Source of the DNA: Lachnospiraceae bacterium
Lineage (GTDB): Bacteria > Bacillota > Clostridia > Lachnospirales > Lachnospiraceae
Assembly (NCBI GenBank): GCA_045579665.1
Contig: JAZNMO010000128.1
Location: forward strand, 961 to 64,960
Direction: 5' to 3'
Length of the DNA: 64,000 nucleotides
How positions within the stretch are numbered: position 1 is the first letter of the stretch; each line of letters starts with the position of its first letter. This document shows positions 38,854 through 46,736 of the stretch, piece by piece. The translations under genes were made by a program, and so were the position numbers. A model generated the notes under the pieces. That model saw only the letters and a program-made list of their open reading frames with translations, did not search any database and was not told the DNA's origin.

Positions 38854-38908
38854 CGACATAGGTTTTGGCCAAACAGGGGAGTAATTTGTTTTGAGCTTCC
38901 TGTAGAAT
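38854..38908 (+). promoter_or_regulatory. conserved phage promoter box, copy 4 (inverted orientation)
   Basis: CGACATAGGTTTTGGCCAAACAGGGGAGTAA-N18-TAGAAT. Confidence 0.7.
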
Positions 38909-38967
38909 TGTAGTGCGGGTAATTTGCGCTTATCCGCACTACAATTTCATACAAGGAGGTGACTACC

Positions 38968-39123
38968 ATGCGTAAATGCCCTTTTAACAAAGACAACGTC
39001 TGCGAAAACTGCTCTTTGTTTATTCCTAATCCAACACCTTCAAGTGCCAAACCAAACGGTGTATGCGCTATTAATAAAATAGCTGTGGAATTAGAACGCA
39101 TTGAGAACAAGTCTCAAAAGTAA
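38968..39123 (+). CDS. 51-aa Cys-rich protein
   Basis: AAGGAGGT SD; MRKCPFNKDNVCENCSLF..GVCAINK (not in ORF track). Confidence 0.65.
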   Translation: MRKCPFNKDNVCENCSLFIPNPTPSSAKPNGVCAINKIAVELERIENKSQK

Positions 39124-39161
39124 TCACACCATGGAGCTAAGCTCCAAATATTTGAAGGGAG

Positions 39162-39455
39162 GTGATAACACCAACGGGCTACAGCCCTACCACTCCAAGA
39201 AAGGAGGTGATTACTATCATCAGACATGAATCACCTTTCTGTGGTTACAGATTTGTTCTGAACATCAATACAGGGGAGATACATGACTTACGTCACGAAG
39301 ACAAATCCTGCAAGATTGACGAGATAAAACCAGAACATGTTATTGTTTTTGATACTCTCGAACGTGCTTTGGAACGTAGTCATAAGTATACAGACAAACC
39401 CTGTAACGGCTGTGCACATTGTCTTAATCAATATGACACAGATAAATTCAACTAA
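39162..39455 (+). CDS. small metal-binding protein
   Basis: NTGEIHD..C..CAHC; start uncertain; followed by a terminator. Confidence 0.65.
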   Translation: MITPTGYSPTTPRKEVITIIRHESPFCGYRFVLNINTGEIHDLRHEDKSCKIDEIKPEHVIVFDTLERALERSHKYTDKPCNGCAHCLNQYDTDKFN

Positions 39456-39477
39456 TCTGAACCGCAAATAATCACCT

Positions 39478-39504
39478 AAGGGGCTGAGCAATCAGCTCCT
39501 TTTT
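39478..39504 (+). terminator. intrinsic terminator
   Basis: AAGGGGCTGA-GCAA-TCAGCTCCTTTTTT. Confidence 0.7.
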
Positions 39505-39518
39505 CTATGCATACATAG

Positions 39519-39728
39519 TTATCCTATGGTGATGCCTCGTTCTCTAAGGGTAGCATCATGCTTATTCCAGTCAATTGTGCCGATAAGCATATACCACTTA
39601 AAAAAGAATAGCCATAATGAAGTTGTTCCATTTTTCCTTCTAAGCTGAAGCCACACACCAAGAGACCATTCTCCTTTAGAATGCTTCATAATTTTTGAGC
39701 ATCCAATATCATAATGTCCTATTCTCAT
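39519..39728 (-). CDS. phage hypothetical protein
   Basis: 69 aa with AAGGAGG SD. Confidence 0.55.
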   Translation of the reverse strand: MRIGHYDIGCSKIMKHSKGEWSLGVWLQLRRKNGTTSLWLFFFKWYMLIGTIDWNKHDATLRERGITIG

Positions 39729-39860
39729 GCAACCTCCTTATCTTTATATGCAAAAATGATAACCTTATTGTGAGTGAGTCAGAATACTTTTGGATGCTCA
39801 AAGCTATCTGTCCTGGAAAAGTTGATATTGATACTTTAAAATTTGCTTCCATATTGCCTC

Positions 39861-40076
39861 CTATGCTCGGGTTATTAAAGAATCTTGCAATTCCTGCAAA
39901 TCTAATCCTATTAACCTACCTATTCTTAATAATTCACTTCCTGTTATCTTGGCATTTTGGTTGAATATTCTCATGAGTCGTTGATACTCAATCCCCGTCT
40001 TTTTTGATACGAAAGTAAGCGTCATACCTTTTTCGTTAATTTCCTTTTCTAAAATCCGAACGATATCTTCGTTCAT
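39861..40076 (-). CDS. Cro-like HTH regulator
   Basis: 71-aa XRE-like HTH, first gene of the lytic operon, divergent from repressors. Confidence 0.8.
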   Translation of the reverse strand: MNEDIVRILEKEINEKGMTLTFVSKKTGIEYQRLMRIFNQNAKITGSELLRIGRLIGLDLQELQDSLITRA

Positions 40077-40101
40077 AGGAACACCTCCTTTTTACACTTG
40101 A

Positions 40102-40213
40102 TTGAATATTTCGTTCTTTTCTATAGTGTACAGTTGAATATTTCAATTGTCAATAACTTTTGAACGAATTTTTCAATTTTATAGTTGACTATCAATTATT
40201 TTTAACGTAATAT
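40102..40213. promoter_or_regulatory. lysis/lysogeny switch: divergent promoters and operators
   Basis: - strand TTGACA(40153-48)-N17-TACACT; + strand TTGACT(40185)-N17-TAATAT; TTGAATATTTCAA-like sites at 40102, 40134 and 40164. Confidence 0.7.
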
Positions 40214-40235
40214 TCTATTGTGGAGGTGAGTATAA

Positions 40236-40724
40236 GTGGCGAATAAATATTTTGGTGAAATACTTAGGAAATTAAGAAATGAAAAAGGCTACACTCAACA
40301 GCAAGTAGCAGATATGCTTGGCCTAAAAAATAAAAGTACTCTTGGCTCATGGGAAGTCGGTAAATCGGAGCCGGATGGCGTAACTTTTTTGAAATTAATG
40401 AAGTTATATGAAGTAAATGATATATATGCTACATTCAACGAGGAACGTCCTAATTCTAGGGAACAGTTGCATTTTACGGAGGATGAACTGAAATTTATTG
40501 AAGCGTATAAAAATGCTGATAATGAGACAAAACAAATGATAAGACGATTACTAACTTATCATGATGCTTATCAACAGATGGTATCTGAACAAGATAAAGC
40601 TAAAACTACGAATAGTGTTGAAGACAAACCTGTCGATATATTCGAGGGAATCCCAGATACTGCCGAAGAGTTTGAAAAGCTCTATCCACCTGTTGGAGAA
40701 TTAAAGTCTGATAAAGATGCCTAA
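40236..40724 (+). CDS. XRE-family repressor 1 (CI-like, no S24 peptidase domain)
   Basis: LRKLRNEKGYTQQQVA..STLGSWEVGKSEP. Confidence 0.85.
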   Translation: MANKYFGEILRKLRNEKGYTQQQVADMLGLKNKSTLGSWEVGKSEPDGVTFLKLMKLYEVNDIYATFNEERPNSREQLHFTEDELKFIEAYKNADNETKQMIRRLLTYHDAYQQMVSEQDKAKTTNSVEDKPVDIFEGIPDTAEEFEKLYPPVGELKSDKDA

Positions 40725-40753
40725 GTTGAGAGGTGATTCCGAAAGGAGAATAT

Positions 40754-41197
40754 ATGAACGTCCAATATATTATAAAAGCAAGACGTGCTCAACTAGGTTT
40801 GACATTAAAAGAAGTTGCTAAAGCATTGGGAGTATCCGAAGGAACTGTTTCAAGGTACGAAACAGGAGATATACAAAACATGGGAATAGATAAAATCCAT
40901 GCATTGTCTAAGGTCTTACAATGTTCCCCTAGTTATCTCATGGGTTGGGAAGAGTTAAATGATAATTTTCCGCTTTCCAATGTGGAAGAGACTATTATAG
41001 CGAAATATAGAAAGTCAGATGATGTAACCAAAGAAATGGTTCATAGAATTTTGAATATAGAAACAAATAGTAACTTTAATTTTACTAAGTATGCTGCGAA
41101 CTCCTGCGATATAATAGAGGAAAAACCAGAGACATCCAATGAGTTCGAAAAGCTCTATCCACCTGTTGGAGAATTAAAGCCGGATAAGGATGCCTGA
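40754..41197 (+). CDS. XRE-family repressor 2
   Basis: IKARR.QLGLTLKEVA..GVSEGTVSRYETG..SPSYLMGW; AAAGGAG SD. Confidence 0.85.
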   Translation: MNVQYIIKARRAQLGLTLKEVAKALGVSEGTVSRYETGDIQNMGIDKIHALSKVLQCSPSYLMGWEELNDNFPLSNVEETIIAKYRKSDDVTKEMVHRILNIETNSNFNFTKYAANSCDIIEEKPETSNEFEKLYPPVGELKPDKDA

Positions 41198-41362
41198 TAA
41201 GCTTGTTATTTTCTTAGTGTTCTCTACATTGCCGGAGAAATTAAGATTGATGAACAGAGTATCTGATTTCTTATAATATACTGAATAGACATCAGTACGC
41301 TTCATCCTAACATACTTAATCATGCGCTCACACCTTTCTTTTACTTTATTTAATTGTAGCAT
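41174..41362 (-). CDS. small ORF convergent with repressor 2
   Basis: AAAGGTG SD before MIKYVRM; overlaps repressor 3' end. Confidence 0.4.
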   Translation of the reverse strand: MLQLNKVKERCERMIKYVRMKRTDVYSVYYKKSDTLFINLNFSGNVENTKKITSLSGILIRL

Positions 41363-41590
41363 AGTCTCAAGGTGTGAAACTACCCTTACATTTTCATATC
41401 TTATAAAACTTGCAACTTCGCAAGGTGTGAAACAAGAACAAAATAAAAACGCCCCGTAGTTGGAGCTACGAGACGTTCATTGTTCCTATAAATCTTACGA
41501 CTTATACGAACCCCTAAGCAAGGTTCATTATAGCATAAGCCGTGAGATTTTCATAGGCTTATTTTTTATACTTATTTTTAGGAGGCTATA

Positions 41591-43264
41591 ATGAAACATG
41601 CTGCAATCTACGTCCGTGTATCTACAGGACATCAGGTAGATAAGTGCTCTCTTCCATTCCAGAAGAAAGAGCTTAAGGCTTATCTCCAACATGTATTACA
41701 CATTGATAAATACGAAATCTATGAGGATGCTGGTAGGTCTGCCAAGAATACCAAGCGTCCTGCCTTTGAGCGAATGATGAATGACATCAAGGCTGGCAAA
41801 GTATCTCATGTAGTAGTCTACAAGATAGACCGTATCAGCCGTAACCTTGTTGACTTCTCTATCATGCATGAAGAATTTAAGAGATACGGTACCACATTTA
41901 TATCACTGAATGAACAGTTTGACACTTCATGCGCCATGGGTGCCGCAATGCTGAAAATCATTTTGGTGTTTGCGGAACTAGAGCGAAGCATAGACAGCGA
42001 GCGAGTCTCAGATATCATGAAGGACAGAGCTACGCAAGGGAAATGGAATGGTGCTAATATACCTTTAGGTTACAAGTGGTCTGAGGAAAAGAAGTTTCCC
42101 GTACCTGATGAAACAGAAGCTGAACGTGTACGCAAGATATATGATATGTATGACAAGGGTATGCGCACTCCTTCCATCACTCGCTATCTGAATGATAACA
42201 ATATTCCAACTAAGAGAAACGGCCGCTGGACTACCAAGACGGTAGCTGATATACTTCGCAATCCATTTTATAAAGGTACTCTCAGATACAACTACCGCAA
42301 ATCAGCTCACGGTGAGATTAAGCCGGAGGAAGAATGGATTATCGTAGAGAATAACCATAATGCTCTAATCGAACCGGCTCTATGGGAACGAGTGAACGCA
42401 TCTATGGATGCATCTACTGCTACCCAGCGCATGAAAGGTATGCCACATGCGGCCAAAAGGATTCATGTATTTGGTCGTATCGTTAAGTGTTCTTCCTGCG
42501 ACTGTGTAATGCACAGTGATGTAGACCGTTTGCGTCGTAACGGATTCAAACCAAGCACATATGTATGTCCGAACCGCAAGAGCTACCAGTGCTCCGAAGC
42601 TTATATATCAGATGTTACAATCGGACCATTTGTATTCAATTACGTCCGCAATATGCTTCAAGTGACTGCCAAAGCCAAGCGCATTCAATCTAAGGATGAA
42701 CTGGAACGTATGCTGTTATCCGGTACTCCATTTGAACATGTACTTGGTCTGTCAGATGATACACTCAATCAGCTATGGGAACTGCTGCACTCCACACATC
42801 CAAACGTCTACTATGCTCCTGTGTCTTCACAGGAACTACCAGTAGCAAATGTTGATGTAAAGTCATTAAAAGATAAAGGGGAACGTCTGAAACGTGCTCT
42901 TCAAAGATTGAAAGATGCTTATCTGTATTCTGATGATGGAATGAGTGAAAAAGAATACTTGGAAACCAAGACGGACATTGAGACACAGCTTGTCGCTGTT
43001 AATAATGATATTCTATCAGCTCAGCAGAGCAATGTATCTGCTGAGGACTTTGACTTCATGGAGAAAGCTTCTGCCCTGCTCCTTAGCCACTGTCTGAATG
43101 CATCAGCAGAAATCGACTATCAGGAACTGTGGCTTGCCACTGGTGCCGACATCCTTTGCGACGTCGCACACTCAATGATTAATGATATCTATACTCACGA
43201 TGGGAAGATTATTTCGATTACATTTAAGAATGGAATGACACACAAGTTTGTGTGGAAGGAATAG
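41591..43264 (+). CDS. large serine recombinase (integrase)
   Basis: AAIYVRVST catalytic Ser, DRISRN, recombinase domain, Zn ribbon CSSC..C..C, coiled coil. Confidence 0.95.
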   Translation: MKHAAIYVRVSTGHQVDKCSLPFQKKELKAYLQHVLHIDKYEIYEDAGRSAKNTKRPAFERMMNDIKAGKVSHVVVYKIDRISRNLVDFSIMHEEFKRYGTTFISLNEQFDTSCAMGAAMLKIILVFAELERSIDSERVSDIMKDRATQGKWNGANIPLGYKWSEEKKFPVPDETEAERVRKIYDMYDKGMRTPSITRYLNDNNIPTKRNGRWTTKTVADILRNPFYKGTLRYNYRKSAHGEIKPEEEWIIVENNHNALIEPALWERVNASMDASTATQRMKGMPHAAKRIHVFGRIVKCSSCDCVMHSDVDRLRRNGFKPSTYVCPNRKSYQCSEAYISDVTIGPFVFNYVRNMLQVTAKAKRIQSKDELERMLLSGTPFEHVLGLSDDTLNQLWELLHSTHPNVYYAPVSSQELPVANVDVKSLKDKGERLKRALQRLKDAYLYSDDGMSEKEYLETKTDIETQLVAVNNDILSAQQSNVSAEDFDFMEKASALLLSHCLNASAEIDYQELWLATGADILCDVAHSMINDIYTHDGKIISITFKNGMTHKFVWKE

Positions 43265-43272
43265 GAAAAATG

Positions 43273-43300
43273 AAAAAGGACTCCTAGTTGGAGTCCTCTT
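43273..43300. terminator. bidirectional terminator between integrase and rnlB-like gene
   Basis: AAAAAGGACTC..GAGTCCTCTT. Confidence 0.65.
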
Positions 43301-43304
43301 CTAT

Positions 43305-43658
43305 TTAACAATGTAATAAATATTCGCCGGGAACCAAAACACCCTTTTTCAGAGTTGACCTGTCACTTGCGTAATACTCTTCTATCATCTTTATGCTTTC
43401 GCTTGTTAAGTTCTCAACTAACTCTATTGATGAAGGTACAACTTTACTACCGTCATAATATGCTTTTGCGAATCGATTGTAATTATCACCATTGCACAAA
43501 AGCAAATCAAACAAAATCCAACAACTACCAAGATTATGTTCTTCTAATTGCATATTCAGTGTACCTATTTTTGCAAGTGGATTAATATAAGTAGTTGGAT
43601 ATATAGCATAACTATATTCCAAGCAACTATTTAGTTCTCTTACAACTATCTTATTCAT
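43305..43658 (-). CDS. rnlB: RnlB-family antitoxin
   Basis: NPL..ILFDLLLCNGDNYNRF resembles the recalled E. coli RnlB motif ILFDLLCANGPEWNRF; downstream of toxin. Confidence 0.8.
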   Translation of the reverse strand: MNKIVVRELNSCLEYSYAIYPTTYINPLAKIGTLNMQLEEHNLGSCWILFDLLLCNGDNYNRFAKAYYDGSKVVPSSIELVENLTSESIKMIEEYYASDRSTLKKGVLVPGEYLLHC

Positions 43659-43676
43659 ATTTTCTCTCTTACTTTC

Positions 43677-44756
43677 TTACTTGGCAGCCATAATCCTCTC
43701 ATAGCTACTTTTAATATTTTCTATTGCTTGTTTAAATAAAGTATCTGCAACTCTTCTATCCTTAATGGTAACAGTTAACCAATCATTCTCTCTTGCATGA
43801 GAGTACTGGTGTCTAACTTTATACCACCATTGATATAACCTATTCATTTCCGATGCAATGGTGTCATTATCAACCATGCTTTCGTATTCAGCCTTCAATG
43901 TTAAAGGTGTTCGATGTTCTTCATTCGTGAAAAAGAAACCGATTGAATAATCATCAACAATAACATTATTATTAGATAAAAGCTTAAGCATAAATCCTTC
44001 AACACCTCTTGCCGAAGCCTGCACAATCATGGAATAATCTGGCATTGGAACTTCTACTCTATACTGAACAAATGCACTACATAATATATCCTTATGCGCT
44101 TTTGCTAAGAAATTATAGGAATCTCCTAACACCTCAGCCATTTCATTCATTATATCGTCTACTTCTATAGAAACTTTAGCATATCTGATTTCAGCAGCTA
44201 CTACATCTCTGGTTTCGCATTCCGTTGAGACTAATTCTACTGCTTTATTAAAAAGTTGTAATCGTCTTCCTTGAATCTGTAATCTTTTAGTGTTTTTAAA
44301 ATAATGAATAGTAATAGTATCGTCATATCGAATACTCTTTAATCTATATAAATATTCTTTATTATTTTCATTTTTATCATATTTAACATCATCATCACAT
44401 AACAAATCGATAAATGCATCGAATGTATCTTTTTCCATTGTTACAGAAAAACTGTTGCTTGCCGCAGTTGTATTAACTGCGCCTAATCTATCTAAAATGT
44501 AATTAGCAAATTCTTTAGAAATCCCCTGATTCTTTCCTGTTGCCCACTGTAAAGTATATCTATTTCCTTTTGTTGGATAAAAATTTATTGCAAAGGACGT
44601 ATCACTTAAAATAAATGTATATTGCTTCACTTGCTTATTTCCACCAAGCTCAATATCCTTCAAATCGTAATCTTTTTCACTGCAAAACCCTTCTACCCAG
44701 CTCTGGATATTATCTAAATTAATGTCTAGATTGGTAATCTTCTTATCTTCTGTCAT
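43677..44756 (-). CDS. rnlA: RnlA/LsoA-family HEPN endoribonuclease toxin
   Basis: 359 aa; ATGKN, LQIQGR, DYS..ARGVEG, HEPN RHQYSH (Rx4H); AT-rich. Confidence 0.8.
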   Translation of the reverse strand: MTEDKKITNLDINLDNIQSWVEGFCSEKDYDLKDIELGGNKQVKQYTFILSDTSFAINFYPTKGNRYTLQWATGKNQGISKEFANYILDRLGAVNTTAASNSFSVTMEKDTFDAFIDLLCDDDVKYDKNENNKEYLYRLKSIRYDDTITIHYFKNTKRLQIQGRRLQLFNKAVELVSTECETRDVVAAEIRYAKVSIEVDDIMNEMAEVLGDSYNFLAKAHKDILCSAFVQYRVEVPMPDYSMIVQASARGVEGFMLKLLSNNNVIVDDYSIGFFFTNEEHRTPLTLKAEYESMVDNDTIASEMNRLYQWWYKVRHQYSHARENDWLTVTIKDRRVADTLFKQAIENIKSSYERIMAAK

Positions 44757-44852
44757 ACTTATTCCGTCCTATTATATATTTTAACACAATTATGTGAATT
44801 TTCAATTATTTTTCTGACTATTAGTATTTATACATACTCACATATTACAACT

Positions 44853-45095
44853 TTACACACAAATGTCAAGGCTATAGGTCAATTTTGCTTTGAATATTTT
44901 CCCGTGAATAGAGTTCATCTGACAACCGAAGGTATTGATACATGCAGTAACCTTATGGCCAAGCTTCAGTTCCTCCTCACGTAATACAGTCTGCATTTTC
45001 TTAATATAATAATACTGCTTATTATGCTCATCCGTAGGAATTGGAGCATTTACATCTATTTCAGCCAATATTGCTTTCATTTCTTCCTTATTCAC
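44853..45095 (-). pseudogene. miaB: original host miaB 5' fragment truncated by prophage
   Basis: 45/61 aa identical to the N-terminus of 3368-4822; diverges right after TFGCQMN. Confidence 0.9.
44914..44933. repeat. att core, right junction (TTCATCTGACAACCGAAGGT)
   Basis: 19/20 identical to 4641-4660. Confidence 0.9.
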
Positions 45096-45147
45096 GTTAC
45101 AACCTTACCTTTCCAGCATTAGCTTATAAAATCCAGTAAACTCCACT

Positions 45148-45176
45148 ATTATATATGATTTTAAGCAATACTGCAA
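45148..45176 (-). promoter_or_regulatory. host miaB promoter
   Basis: TTGCAG-N17-TATAAT on - strand. Confidence 0.75.
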
Positions 45177-45183
45177 TATGCAG

Positions 45184-45220
45184 AAAAATAAGGAAGAGAC
45201 CGTATAACTCTGTCTCTTCC
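45184..45220 (-). terminator. terminator of upstream host gene
   Basis: GGAAGAGAC..GTCTCTTCC with T-tail on - strand. Confidence 0.7.
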
Positions 45221-45226
45221 CTGATT

Positions 45227-45973
45227 TTATGAAATACCAAGCATATTTTTTAGTACCGTCTTTATACCGGTTCTGGTAGCCTCATCATTTGTGTAAGGAT
45301 AGGTAATTTGTACTGCCTTATCAATGTAAGGTGCTGCTAATGTGGAAAAGCATCTGAACTGCCCCCACGGAAGCAGACTCATATCCACATAGAACACTTC
45401 CCAGATGTCCTGCCCATTCCATGAATATTTTCCAATTAATGCATTATCCTTTGGTGATTTATAAAAGATATCCTGATACATTCCGCAGTACATTACCACA
45501 GGTCTGCCCTCATAACAAGTGTAGATTTCCCTTCCATTTCCGGAAAACAGTTCAGGCAATCCATCTCCGGTTACATCTACCAGACCATACGTTGTAATAC
45601 TCTGCTGTGACTGTTCTAAAAGCATTGCATATGCATCAGCTCGTTCTTCAAGAGCCTCTAACATAATTTCCTTTTCCGTCTTTGGAGCACTTACCTGCGC
45701 AATCAAAAAAGCTCCCGGAATATAATAAGTACCGCCTATATCTACACGATAAAAACCGCTTGTTGTGATACCGGTAACCTTTACGAGTGTGAATCTTTCA
45801 AGCAAAAATGCAACATCCGTAAAAATATTATCCGTTGTATATACAGGTGTTCCTGAAGTAGAATACATTTCCATCTCAACAGCAATCACATTTGAAGCCG
45901 CCTTCACTTCCATAGTCGGAACCATTCCTCCCAAAATCCATATAATAAGCATACATGATAAAATTTTCTTCAT
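45227..45973 (-). CDS. secreted hypothetical protein (SH3-like N-terminal region)
   Basis: signal peptide MKKILSC..VKA; DVTGDGLPEL motif. Confidence 0.7.
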   Translation of the reverse strand: MKKILSCMLIIWILGGMVPTMEVKAASNVIAVEMEMYSTSGTPVYTTDNIFTDVAFLLERFTLVKVTGITTSGFYRVDIGGTYYIPGAFLIAQVSAPKTEKEIMLEALEERADAYAMLLEQSQQSITTYGLVDVTGDGLPELFSGNGREIYTCYEGRPVVMYCGMYQDIFYKSPKDNALIGKYSWNGQDIWEVFYVDMSLLPWGQFRCFSTLAAPYIDKAVQITYPYTNDEATRTGIKTVLKNMLGIS

Positions 45974-46187
45974 AGCATCCCCTCCAAATGAAAAAAGCAA
46001 TTTAAACAAGTTAAATTGCGACTGATTTCTAGTAATTTATATTCTTATTTAATGATACCATTTTCGACAATATTGTGTCAATGAAATACAAAATATATTT
46101 ATTTCAGTTTTTATGCAAAATTTACGTGACTTTAGTTTTCAAAAGAACTATAATAAAAAGGCAATATAAAGAAAAGGAGCTTATACT

Positions 46188-46694
46188 ATGCATTCATTTC
46201 AACCAATTACAATCGATATGTTAGAAATAAATCCGTTTGAAAAAATCGGAAAAGACTGGGCACTCGTCACTGCAGGCACCAAAGAAAAAGCAAATACCAT
46301 GACCGTGAGCTGGGGCGGCTTAGGTGTTATGTGGGGAAAGAACGTTGCATTTATTTTTATTCGCGATTCCCGTTACACCAAGGAGTTCATTGATAACGGC
46401 GACTTCTTTTCTGTAACCTTTTTTGATGAAGAATATAAGAAGGCTCTAAGCTACTGTGGTTCCCATTCAGGACGTAGCGAAGATAAGATGACAGCAGCCG
46501 GTCTTACACTTGCAAGCAAGCACAGCATTCCATATATCGACGAAGGAAATCTGGTACTGCTCTGCAACAAGTTATCTGCAACAAGAATTACAGAAGATTC
46601 CTTCCTCACACCTGAGATTAAGGAGAAATGGTATCCAGACGGTGATATGCATACCATGTATATTGCAGAGATTATTGAGGTTATGGCAAGATAA
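46188..46694 (+). CDS. flavin reductase-like protein
   Basis: NTMTVSWGG, RYTKEF, CGSHSGR, HTMYIAEI. Confidence 0.9.
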   Translation: MHSFQPITIDMLEINPFEKIGKDWALVTAGTKEKANTMTVSWGGLGVMWGKNVAFIFIRDSRYTKEFIDNGDFFSVTFFDEEYKKALSYCGSHSGRSEDKMTAAGLTLASKHSIPYIDEGNLVLLCNKLSATRITEDSFLTPEIKEKWYPDGDMHTMYIAEIIEVMAR

Positions 46695-46736
46695 ACAAAA
46701 ACGAGTCGCGTAATTGCGACTCGTTTTGTTTATCTT
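46688..46736. terminator. bidirectional terminator
   Basis: long inverted repeat AAGATAAACAAAAACGAGTCGC/GCGACTCGTTTTGTTTATCTT between convergent genes. Confidence 0.85.

Larger units (their letters stand above)
4641..44933. mobile_element. temperate prophage (~40.3 kb, podovirus-like) integrated in miaB
   Basis: bounded by a 19/20-bp direct repeat in miaB; serine recombinase, repressors, replication, terminase, portal, capsid and lysis genes; no recognisable tape measure or tail tube. Confidence 0.95.

Noticed and set aside
38802-39110. N-terminal extension of the 163-aa - strand ORF
   Set aside because: It overlaps the promoter box and the + strand 51-aa gene; a strong SD supports the start at 38801.
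39694-39802. 13-bp inverted repeat TTTGAGCATCCAA/TTGGATGCTCAAA around the start of the 69-aa ORF, as an invertible switch
   Set aside because: No dedicated invertase and no promoter evident inside; could be chance or mRNA structure; not supportable.
44853-45095. 80-aa ORF as an independent small gene
   Set aside because: It is the miaB 5' remnant read through the att junction into 19 unrelated codons.
46701-46723. GAGTCGC..TTGCGACTC as a host copy of the 14-bp palindrome
   Set aside because: It is part of a bidirectional terminator stem and does not match the motif arrangement.
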